This document shows, in pieces, positions 27,678-35,588 of a stretch of DNA of 62,056 nucleotides (positions are counted from its first letter, which is position 1; every line of letters starts with the position of its first letter). A program made the position numbers and the translations under genes. Source of the stretch: Candidatus Pacebacteria bacterium RIFOXYA1_FULL_38_18 (lineage in GTDB: Bacteria; Patescibacteriota; Microgenomatia; UBA1400; PJMF01). The notes beneath the pieces are model-generated. The model saw only the letters and a program-made list of their open reading frames with translations, ran no database searches and had not been told where the DNA came from. Location of the stretch: the NCBI GenBank assembly GCA_001787405.1, contig MFWV01000001.1:1-62056 (forward strand). Reading direction: 5' to 3'.

Positions 27678-28082
27678 TTAGATTAGCAGATCAATCAATG
27701 GTTGCACGAGAATGCCGGAGTCTTGATTTTTTAAATAAGCCCACAGCCAAGTATTAATTACAATTACACTCAAGCTAATAAGAATGGCCAAGGTTTTGGT
27801 GGCTTGAGTTTTGGAGCGAGTAAAAATACTGGCTAAAAGGAAACTAATCAATGCGGAGAGCACCATCAAAATAGCATCATTAATCAAAAAATTAACATCA
27901 ACTTGAGTTAACTGCCCCAAAGCTAGTTTGGCCTCGCTGGCTGGAATTTCTATGAGAATCAATTTGCTAGTTTGCCAAGTAGAACGCAAGGCTTGAAAAG
28001 TTAAGACCCAAATGACGATACGATGAAGCCAAAAACTCACTTTAGTCATTGTCTGAGAAAAACTAGGACTAGCAAATTGCAT
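27678..28082 (-). CDS. hypothetical membrane protein
   Basis: 134 aa with three hydrophobic segments. Confidence 0.6.
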   Translation of the reverse strand: MQFASPSFSQTMTKVSFWLHRIVIWVLTFQALRSTWQTSKLILIEIPASEAKLALGQLTQVDVNFLINDAILMVLSALISFLLASIFTRSKTQATKTLAILISLSVIVINTWLWAYLKNQDSGILVQPLIDLLI

Positions 28083-28200
28083 ATCATCATCCTACCCTAC
28101 TCTTTTTGGCACTGCCAATAGGGTTTTTGTTCCAAAAAGGTATAATTGGTTGATCTTGATCCAAATTAAAAATTAAAATATACAGAAACGTTGTATAAAC

Positions 28201-28281
28201 GCCGGAGTGGCGAAATGGTAGACGCGCACGGTTTAGGACCGTGTGGAGTAATCCTTGGAGGTTCAAGTCCTCTCTCCGGCA
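28201..28281 (+). tRNA. tRNA-Leu(TAG)
   Basis: GCCGGAG/CTCCGGC acceptor stem, CACGG-TTTAGGA-CCGTG anticodon arm, variable arm, GGTTCAAGTCC T-arm. Confidence 0.95.
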
Positions 28282-28305
28282 CTTTATTGTTGTTATAATC
28301 AGTCA

Positions 28306-29949
28306 ATGCGAGATTTTTTAAAAGCAAATTATTTTTCCAAATGGGTTTTTATTTTTTTAATCTTGGCAATTTTTGTTCGTTTTTATAATTTTCGGGAATT
28401 TTTATTTTTTACGGCTGATAATGGTAGGGATATCCAGCAAGTTCAGCAAATTGCTCAAGGCAACCTCACTTTGATCGGTCCCACCAGTGGTTTGCAAGGC
28501 TTTTATCTGGGTCCTTTTTGGTATTATCTAGGAGTGCCTGGCTATCTGCTGGCTCAAGGCAGTCCTTATGGGGAAGCGCTTTGGTTGATTGCTTTGGCTA
28601 GTTTGGCGGTGCCATTATTTTTGATGATTGGTAAATCATTATTTCCTGATCGGCCCAATTGGGCATGGCTTACTTTTTTATTACTAGCCTTTGTGCCAGG
28701 TAGTATTTGGGGAACTATTTTTGTTTTAAGTCCCATGGTAACTTTACCGCTGATGGCGGGAGTTTTGCTGTCATTTTGGCGAGCTCGTCACTCACGCTGG
28801 TGGCTCATGATTGGGTTTTTACTTTTGGGCTTGGTTTTACAAGCAGAGTTTGCTTATGGAATTTTTTTTGTACCTGTTATTTATGTCTTGATCGCTTGGA
28901 TTCGACAACGTTTTTCATTACTTGATTATGTCTTGGGTGGTTTGGCAATCTCGGTCACTTTATTGCCACAAATGATGTTTGAGTTGCGTCATCAATTTAT
29001 CATGACCAAATTTCTTTTCCAGGGTTTAACTACCACGGCTGATGAAAAGATGAACTGGCTGGAGTTTTTAGTACAAAGGATCGGGCAATTGTTTGGCAGC
29101 TTCAACTCATTGCTCTTGGGAAAAATTCAAGGAACATTTTTATTAGGTTTGGCACTGGCAATCTGTTTTGGTTTAGCACTACGTTATGTTTGGCGCAATC
29201 AAACGTTTTTAAAAAAGTCAGCCGAACAAGTCTATCGTTGGCAGTTATTGACAATCTTTGCCATTATTCCTTATGTGGGGTTTTTATTGTGGCGAGGCAA
29301 TCACAGTAATTTTTTTGATTATTATTTGACACCTCACTTCATTTTCTTAGTTCCTCTGGTGATACTGGGTATACAAAAATTGCCAAGCATCATCACTCAA
29401 TTCTTTCGTAATCATCAAAAAATAGATCAAGCAAGATTACAAATTATTCAAACAGTCTTGATTGCACTGATATTGAGTATTGCTTGGCTAAATTATCATT
29501 CCGCCATTATTTCTTTAGATAATCAAGCAGGCATGCAGTCTATTGAAACCGCTATTGTCAAAGTGCTTGCTTGGCAAGAAACTGATCGACAGCTAGTCGT
29601 TTCTCAAGAGGGTAGTTTTTCCAGTAGTATGATGACTTTTACACCCAATTATTTGACTGCCCAATATGACTACATGACGGCTTGGCAAACCGAAAAACAA
29701 GGTTTGCCTATCCCCTACACGCAGGTTTTGCCAGAGCAAGCGGTGGTTTATGCAGTTTTGGAACCAGATCGAGAATATCCAGAAATTCGTTTTACACCTT
29801 GGTATACAAAGATTACTACTGGCAGAATCTTGATTCGTCGAGAAAAAGTGGGTGTTTTGACACTGGAAACCTGGATGAAGCCTGATTTTGCCGAACAGTA
29901 TGGTTTTCAGGCGTATCAAGTTACTCCACAAGAGAGTTTTGGTTGGTAA
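28306..29949 (+). CDS. GT-C (ArnT/PMT-like) membrane glycosyltransferase
   Basis: F.AD.GRD, LIGP, GPFWYY N-terminal loop and many TMs; ATG 28306. Confidence 0.8.
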   Translation: MRDFLKANYFSKWVFIFLILAIFVRFYNFREFLFFTADNGRDIQQVQQIAQGNLTLIGPTSGLQGFYLGPFWYYLGVPGYLLAQGSPYGEALWLIALASLAVPLFLMIGKSLFPDRPNWAWLTFLLLAFVPGSIWGTIFVLSPMVTLPLMAGVLLSFWRARHSRWWLMIGFLLLGLVLQAEFAYGIFFVPVIYVLIAWIRQRFSLLDYVLGGLAISVTLLPQMMFELRHQFIMTKFLFQGLTTTADEKMNWLEFLVQRIGQLFGSFNSLLLGKIQGTFLLGLALAICFGLALRYVWRNQTFLKKSAEQVYRWQLLTIFAIIPYVGFLLWRGNHSNFFDYYLTPHFIFLVPLVILGIQKLPSIITQFFRNHQKIDQARLQIIQTVLIALILSIAWLNYHSAIISLDNQAGMQSIETAIVKVLAWQETDRQLVVSQEGSFSSSMMTFTPNYLTAQYDYMTAWQTEKQGLPIPYTQVLPEQAVVYAVLEPDREYPEIRFTPWYTKITTGRILIRREKVGVLTLETWMKPDFAEQYGFQAYQVTPQESFGW

Positions 29950-29979
29950 TTTGTTCAATAAAAAGCTTGAATTAAATAC

Positions 29980-30054
29980 AAAAAACCCCACTCAAGAGCG
30001 GGGGCCTTTTGTCTCAGAACGTACTTCCCGGTGAGAGAAAACCTTCTGAGTTAT
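29980..30054 (-). ncRNA. candidate small RNA
   Basis: CTCAGAA/TTCTGAG hairpin plus terminator hairpin and T-tract directly downstream of a near-consensus promoter; no start codon. Confidence 0.55.
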
Positions 30055-30059
30055 CCTCT

Positions 30060-30087
30060 AATATATCAAAATAGGTCACATTGTCAA
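30060..30087 (-). promoter_or_regulatory. sigma70 promoter with extended -10
   Basis: TTGACA-N16-TATATT, with TGn immediately before the -10. Confidence 0.7.
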
Positions 30088-30129
30088 CACTCAAAAGCCT
30101 ATAAGTAGTTTTTATGGCCTAAAACTAGT

Positions 30130-30201
30130 AAAAAAGGGGTTAAAAGGGATTAAAAAAGGGATTAAAAGGGATCAAAAAAGGGGTTAAAAGGGATCAAAAA
30201 A
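30130..30201. repeat. 3 x 22-bp tandem repeat (alternating 12/10-bp A-tract-GGG units)
   Basis: AAAAAAGGG(G/A)TT-AAAAGGGAT(T/C) three times, then A6. Confidence 0.9.
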
Positions 30202-30204
30202 TGA

Positions 30205-30885
30205 TTATTGGGCAAATTCTAGGACATTTGTGTCATCTTCTTTAAGCTCTCGGCCAAGGGCCCGATCGTCATAACGCATTTCTGCCATAAATTGATTGAC
30301 ACCGTCAGCCCAGGTTTCACTAGAAGCATATTTTTGACCAACCATTTCAGTGGTAATTCTGCCTTGATCTACATAGTAAGCTCGTAATTCTTTAGCTGCT
30401 CGTTCAAAACCCTCTTCATAACTAGCAAAATCCAGAGTGCCATCAGAATGAATGCCAAAGCCCAAGCAGTTATGTGGCGCTCCAGAGTGAGTTTTTTTAC
30501 ACAATTCACTCTCTCTCATGGCAATAGCCGGCAGTAAACGAAAATCCAGATTGTAATTATCTGCAATCTCTACCAAACGCTGGGCATAATAATCATAAGG
30601 AGTCATGGGCGAATTGTATCTTTTCAAAAAATTGGCCACGATTACGGTACGAGCGTCTTGGTTTTCTACAATGGTTTGTACTCCTCTCACATCAGGATTA
30701 TTCAAACCGGTACCTGCCAAGGTTTCGACTGGTTCTGATTCAAGTTCTTCTTGAAAAGCAAACATTTTTCTTTGTACTAGATCAGAGTAGTGCACGCCGG
30801 CAATACTGATCAAAATCATTCCAGCAGTGAGTAAGAGCCAAGCATAGGTCAAAAATAGTGATTGTAATCGTAATTTCTTAAACAT
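30205..30885 (-). CDS. membrane-anchored lysozyme-like (glucosaminidase/SLT-fold) protein
   Basis: N-terminal TM; YNLDFRLLPAIAMRES and NCLGFG motifs. Confidence 0.65.
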   Translation of the reverse strand: MFKKLRLQSLFLTYAWLLLTAGMILISIAGVHYSDLVQRKMFAFQEELESEPVETLAGTGLNNPDVRGVQTIVENQDARTVIVANFLKRYNSPMTPYDYYAQRLVEIADNYNLDFRLLPAIAMRESELCKKTHSGAPHNCLGFGIHSDGTLDFASYEEGFERAAKELRAYYVDQGRITTEMVGQKYASSETWADGVNQFMAEMRYDDRALGRELKEDDTNVLEFAQ

Positions 30886-30965
30886 TTTAGATTATTTTAG
30901 TATATCAGCTCTCGACAAAGTTAGTAAAAAATGTTATCCTATAATAATTGATATATCAGGTAAAT

Positions 30966-31955
30966 ATGAAAAGAATCTTTGTTAGCACTCTCTTAGCTTT
31001 TTTGCCAATCTTGACTTTGACTGCATCAACGGTCCAGGCTAGTGAATTTGGTATGCATATTTTACATCCGCAAGAAATTTCTCAAGCAAAAACTTTTCTG
31101 ACCGATGAAACAAATCAAGCTAATTGGCACTATATCACGATTCCTCTCACTCTGGATGATTTAGATAGAACTGCCCAGTGGCAAGAATTTTTTCGTATCG
31201 CCAGAAAAGAACAGTTAATTCCTCTCATTCGTTTGGCTACTCGCTTTGATACCAAGCTTGGTGCTTGGCAAATTCCCACCCATAAAGACATTGTTGATTT
31301 ATTTACTTTTCTCAATCAATTTGAATGGCCTACTGACGAGCGATATGTGATTGCTTTTAATGAAGTGAATCACGCGCCTGAATGGGGCAATCAACTTGAT
31401 CCGGCTTCTTATGCGCGTGTTTTGAAATTTACAGCCAGTTGGGCTCATACCGAGAACAAAAACTATCAAGTTTTACCGGCAGCTATGGACCTGGCCGCTC
31501 CCAATGGCGCTCAAACCAGAGAAGCCTTTGATTATCTAGCGCAAATGTATGCTACTGATCCCGAAATCTTTGATTATCTTGATGTTTGGAACTCTCACTC
31601 CTATCCCAATCCAGGTTTTAGTTCCTCCCCCACTCGCTCTACTCAAAACTCAGTGCGTGGTTTTATTCACGAATTAGCTTGGTTAAAAAGTAAAACTGGA
31701 CGTGATTTCGAAACTTTTATTACCGAAACCGGTTGGATTAACACCCCGCAAACTTCTCGTTGGTTGACTGATTATTATCTTTACTCTCTTCAACATGTTT
31801 GGTCTCATCCCCAAGTAAAGGGTGTCACTCCTTTTTTGCTCAAAGGAGATCCGGGTCCGTTCTCTGAATTTGGTTTCTTGGATTACGCCGATCAACCCAC
31901 GGCTCAATATGACGCCGTGAAGGAAGCGCTGAGACTTTTCAAAGAGAAATCTTAA
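30966..31955 (+). CDS. secreted clan GH-A glycoside hydrolase
   Basis: Signal peptide, FNEVN acid/base, HSYP and ITETGW nucleophile motifs. Confidence 0.75.
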   Translation: MKRIFVSTLLAFLPILTLTASTVQASEFGMHILHPQEISQAKTFLTDETNQANWHYITIPLTLDDLDRTAQWQEFFRIARKEQLIPLIRLATRFDTKLGAWQIPTHKDIVDLFTFLNQFEWPTDERYVIAFNEVNHAPEWGNQLDPASYARVLKFTASWAHTENKNYQVLPAAMDLAAPNGAQTREAFDYLAQMYATDPEIFDYLDVWNSHSYPNPGFSSSPTRSTQNSVRGFIHELAWLKSKTGRDFETFITETGWINTPQTSRWLTDYYLYSLQHVWSHPQVKGVTPFLLKGDPGPFSEFGFLDYADQPTAQYDAVKEALRLFKEKS

Positions 31956-32039
31956 GCTGGACGAACTATCCCCTATATTTTAGAATAACTTGGTTGTCTT
32001 ACTCAAGAATTATGGTACAGTTGGAGAGATCAACACTGT

Positions 32040-32114
32040 GCGGGTGTAGCTCAACGGTCAGAGCTTCAGTTTTCCAAACTGATGACGAGGGTTCGACTCC
32101 CTTCACCCGCTCCA
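32040..32114 (+). tRNA. tRNA-Gly(TCC)
   Basis: GCGGGTG/CACCCGC acceptor stem, TCAGT-TTTCCAA-ACTGA anticodon arm, GGTTCGACTCC T-arm, TCCA end. Confidence 0.96.
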
Positions 32115-32158
32115 AAAGTGACAATGAGATGTACATAAAATGACAAAAATCAACAAGC

Positions 32159-32383
32159 ATGAAAGAACAAGTTCAAAATTGTAATGTGGGTAAGACTTTT
32201 GAAGTAGTTATCAATAGTCCATTTTTTCCAGTAAATGGTTCTGGTGTTGTTTTTCAAGAATGGTGTAATAAAGAGACAAGTGAATTTCCTGACGGTTACG
32301 CGCATCTTTGTACTGATACTAATCGACAAAATTTACTCTGCCATAATACAAGGTGCGAAAATCAAAAAGCTGAAGGAAGCTAA
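32159..32383 (+). CDS. small Cys-rich hypothetical protein
   Basis: 74 aa with 5 Cys; ATG directly after the first phased repeat block. Confidence 0.55.
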   Translation: MKEQVQNCNVGKTFEVVINSPFFPVNGSGVVFQEWCNKETSEFPDGYAHLCTDTNRQNLLCHNTRCENQKAEGS

Positions 32384-32460
32384 ACGTCTTTTAGTATTTT
32401 ATAAAACTTGGAATATCCATACGGATTTTTAATTGATCAGGTTTTAAAATAAGCTCAGGA

Positions 32461-32514
32461 GAGTGAATAAGACGGAATAAGTTTTCGAAAAAGCAATGGG
32501 AACAGGCTCGAGCT
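32461..32514 (+). repeat. cassette right-end repeat copy 1
   Basis: gagtgaataagacggaataagttttcgaaaaagcaatgggaacaggctcgagct; near-identical copy at 35455-35509. Confidence 0.9.
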
Positions 32515-32587
32515 GTGTGCCGTCACCAACTCCAGACGTGACAGAAATATACATAAATTAACAATAAAGTTACAATAAATAACATCC

Positions 32588-33259
32588 ATGAATCCAATAG
32601 ACATATCAGCAATAACGTCAGAACAGCTTAGAGCTAAAGCATATTTAGCTTCATTTCCTGAATACTACGAATTGGCATCAGTGATAGAAAATAGTCTTTG
32701 GCATAATAATCAAAATGTTTTAGATCATATGATTGGAGTTTTTGAAGGATTGGAAAAAATACTTAAGTTTGAAAATGTTTCCAATTCACAAAAGAGCTTA
32801 ATAAAAAAGTATTTATCAGAGGTTATTGGCAACAAAACTAGACTGGAAATTCTCACTGTTGCAACTTTACTTCATGATATTGCCAAAATTGACGTGTTCG
32901 TTAAAAGACCAGATGGAACAGCTGGATGTCCAGGGCATGAGCTAATTGCAGCTGGAAGAGTAAAAAACTTTGCAGAAAGATTTGATCTCGATGATAAGGC
33001 AGAATCATATGTGGAACGGATAGTCAGATATCACGGTTTTATATCCGAAATACTCAACTTGATGATCGCTAGTGGAAATCGGGAAAAGTATTTGACTATA
33101 TTTACTAAAACAGTGGGAGATATTTCAATTGAACTGATATTACTAATGCACGCTGATTTATTAGGTTGTGACTTAGAGCAAGGCGATAAAAAGGGATACG
33201 ACGATAGAATTGATTTCTTAGGTTGGATGTTGCAGAAGCAACTTAAAGAAATGAAATAA
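32588..33259 (+). CDS. HD-domain hydrolase resembling the HD module of CCA-adding enzymes
   Basis: FPEYYEL..V.EN..WH...VLDH, LLHDIAK, GHELIAA, VRYH and AD motifs. Confidence 0.8.
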   Translation: MNPIDISAITSEQLRAKAYLASFPEYYELASVIENSLWHNNQNVLDHMIGVFEGLEKILKFENVSNSQKSLIKKYLSEVIGNKTRLEILTVATLLHDIAKIDVFVKRPDGTAGCPGHELIAAGRVKNFAERFDLDDKAESYVERIVRYHGFISEILNLMIASGNREKYLTIFTKTVGDISIELILLMHADLLGCDLEQGDKKGYDDRIDFLGWMLQKQLKEMK

Positions 33260-33383
33260 AATTCTGTCTCTGTGGCTAAAATGGATCACTTGTGCGCCAC
33301 CAGTTCCCTAAAAGTAAGGTATTTTTACCACGATGATCATTTGGTAGTCTAATTATATTTTCGACGAATGATTGGAATAATTT

Positions 33384-33749
33384 TCACAGACGATAACGGG
33401 GATCCATCAGAGATACAGATATAAAATATATTACAAGGAATAGAAGAGAGATCATTACATATTTTTCGAGTTTTGAGTTTTCTTTATTTTTCATAACTTT
33501 TGGTATTGCCACGATAAGAAAGACTTCAATCCCAAATGAAATAAATCCTAAAGCAATAATTATTTGTTGGATAAGTGGTGGAAATGCTGATAAATCTTCA
33601 TTTACATTTCCAAGCAAATCTAAAAAAGTAGGAATTTTAAGGACATCTTGAGTAATATCTTTCAAAAAATGAACAATAATAATCAAAAAAATAATGGGAA
33701 GGGAGAAATGCCAAATTCTATTTAAATATTTCTTCATAAAGCAAGCCAA
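33384..33749 (-). CDS. hypothetical 3-TM membrane protein
   Basis: Three hydrophobic segments, HFLKDITQD motif; likely starts at MKKYL. Confidence 0.65.
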   Translation of the reverse strand: MACFMKKYLNRIWHFSLPIIFLIIIVHFLKDITQDVLKIPTFLDLLGNVNEDLSAFPPLIQQIIIALGFISFGIEVFLIVAIPKVMKNKENSKLEKYVMISLLFLVIYFISVSLMDPRYRL

Positions 33750-34007
33750 TTTTACTCCATTTGTTAAGACCCCATCTTCAAATGTTTTTTAAAGCCTGAA
33801 GTTGTAAAATAAGGTCAGTTGTAATGTAATAGTGAAGACCGTTTTTTACTTTAGAAATAAGAGGTAAATCTGGGTCGAGTAGATATCCTTTGATATACTC
33901 GTCCTAGCTAAACAGGTTCGAGCCAATTACGGTTACCCGCTCCAATAGTGACAGAAATAAACAGAAAATTACTAGGAAATTACATAAATTTATAATGAAT
34001 TTACAAT

Positions 34008-34751
34008 ATGACTGCTGAAATGAAGAATATTACCTTTGATCAAATACAATTGGAGGCAGAATCTTTCGCAGTAAATTATAGAAAAACTCACGATGTTCCA
34101 CCTTTCCCATCAGATGTTCAATTACAAAAATATAAGAAAATATTAAATACAAAATATTCTCAAGTTGTTGAACTAGTTAAAAAACGGTTGTCGGAAGTAG
34201 AGTCCGAAGGCGGACATGGTTATGAGCATCTAGAGGATGTTGCAACTAGAGCTGGATTCATAGCCGAAACTGAATGCGATTTCAGGGGTATTAAAAACGA
34301 CCAGAGAAAAGAAATTATTAATGAGACAGTACTAGCTGGCCTGTTACACGATATTGAACGACACTTAGGATTTGGCGAAGACCACATGGTCAATGGGGCT
34401 GATACTGCAATAAGAATTCTTGCCGCAGTTGGGATTAAGGGTAATGTTGTTGCCACAGTTGTTAGAAATCACGACCATATGAATTTTAGCCCAACAGACC
34501 AACTTTTAGAAATAGTTTTTGGTTCAGTTTTTGACGCAGATCATTTTAGATATGGATTGGAAAGAGAAGATACTTTTTGGAGAATGGAAGAGAAAAAAGG
34601 AAAGGAAGCTTCAGAGGTAATTCATGATTATAAGTTTTTGCCAGCTTATATTCACGTTTGGAAAACTAACTACGGAAAAGAAGTGGGCCCGAAGTATATT
34701 GAATTTGGATTAGCTGTGGCGAAACATGTTGAAAAAACTTTTAGCGTGTAA
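34008..34751 (+). CDS. HD-domain phosphohydrolase
   Basis: GHGYEH, LLHDI, H...GA, NHD and FDAD motifs. Confidence 0.85.
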   Translation: MTAEMKNITFDQIQLEAESFAVNYRKTHDVPPFPSDVQLQKYKKILNTKYSQVVELVKKRLSEVESEGGHGYEHLEDVATRAGFIAETECDFRGIKNDQRKEIINETVLAGLLHDIERHLGFGEDHMVNGADTAIRILAAVGIKGNVVATVVRNHDHMNFSPTDQLLEIVFGSVFDADHFRYGLEREDTFWRMEEKKGKEASEVIHDYKFLPAYIHVWKTNYGKEVGPKYIEFGLAVAKHVEKTFSV

Positions 34752-34823
34752 AGTCGGTCCCTGCAGCTAAAATGAATTGCCAGCGCACCAATAGTGACAA
34801 TGGTCACTACAAATGTACATAAA

Positions 34824-35405
34824 ATGACAGAAAATAACATTAAAGCAATACTCTTCGATTTTATGGGCGTTTTATTATTCAAAAGAGGCAATTACGTTCC
34901 AGATCCCCTTGTTGACGAAATAGATAACATAATTGGAAGTGTTACTAATGATCAACTATTTGAAGAAGAAACTTGCAAAAAATTCCATTTAACTAAAAAT
35001 GAATTTGATGGTATTCTCGACAAAGTTATAAACAAGTATGAGCCTTATCAACCACTTTGGGACTCATTACCTAATTTACGAAAGAATTACAAATTGGCAA
35101 TCGTAAATAATGGCACTAGTTTGACTCTGTCAAAATTTAAATCCAAACTTGGTTTAGATATAAAATTTGATGCTTTTGTTTCATCAGCATTAAAAGGTAT
35201 GAAAAAACCTGAGCCAGAAATCTACTTATTCTCGGCTAAAAAACTTGGTGTTATTCCCAGTGAGTGTCTGTTTATGGATGATTCGTATGAAAACATAAAA
35301 GGCGCAAATCAAGTGGGAATGAAAACGTTGTGGTGGAACAAAGAGAAAGAGAGAGATGAAATGTTACAAGAGCTTATCTCTTTAGTTAATATTTCTCAAA
35401 GCTAG
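34824..35405 (+). CDS. HAD family phosphatase
   Basis: FDFMGVL, KKPEPEIY and FMDDS..NI.GA..VGM motifs. Confidence 0.88.
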   Translation: MTENNIKAILFDFMGVLLFKRGNYVPDPLVDEIDNIIGSVTNDQLFEEETCKKFHLTKNEFDGILDKVINKYEPYQPLWDSLPNLRKNYKLAIVNNGTSLTLSKFKSKLGLDIKFDAFVSSALKGMKKPEPEIYLFSAKKLGVIPSECLFMDDSYENIKGANQVGMKTLWWNKEKERDEMLQELISLVNISQS

Positions 35406-35454
35406 AAATACTCAGATGTTCTTTTTGCAAATTTAGTTTTAGGATAGGATCAAG

Positions 35455-35509
35455 AGTGATAAGACGAAATAAGTTTTGAAAAAGCCATAATGGGAACAGG
35501 CTCGAGCTA
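35455..35509 (+). repeat. cassette right-end repeat copy 2
   Basis: gagtgataagacgaaataagttttgaaaaagccataatgggaacaggctcgagct. Confidence 0.9.
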
Positions 35510-35588
35510 GTTAAAACATTTTTTTCACCTAGTTAAACTCTAGCGTTCCCCACTTTGCAATTTTTGCTAATTGATGTAATATTCTGAT

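Larger units (their letters stand above)
32115..35509 (+). mobile_element. tRNA-Gly-anchored tandem cassette array
   Basis: Recurrent junction motifs at ~32103, 32522, 33296 (degenerate), 33932 and 34779, plus a terminal repeat at 35455-35509. Confidence 0.7.

Noticed and set aside
28255-28305. N-terminal extension of the glycosyltransferase
   Set aside because: It overlaps tRNA-Leu; ATG 28306 has a TATAAT box just upstream.
29980-30054. SRP (4.5S) RNA identity for the candidate sRNA
   Set aside because: Lacks the conserved CAGG...GNRA...AGCA domain IV motif.
33911-33944. Second tRNA-Gly gene
   Set aside because: Only GGTTCGA and ACCCGCTCCA are present; there is no D or anticodon arm and the spacing is wrong.
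11973-34798. Shared GTGAC between the serine-integrase core and the tRNA-Gly cassette junctions, implying the same enzyme
   Set aside because: Only a 5-bp match with different position and orientation relative to the tRNA, and the phased ACA repeats are not evident at the tRNA-Glu element ends; insufficient evidence.
32092-35509. CRISPR array or classical integron attC sites
   Set aside because: Repeats are degenerate and separated by whole genes; there are no cas or intI genes and no RYYYAAC...GTTRRRY attC palindromes.
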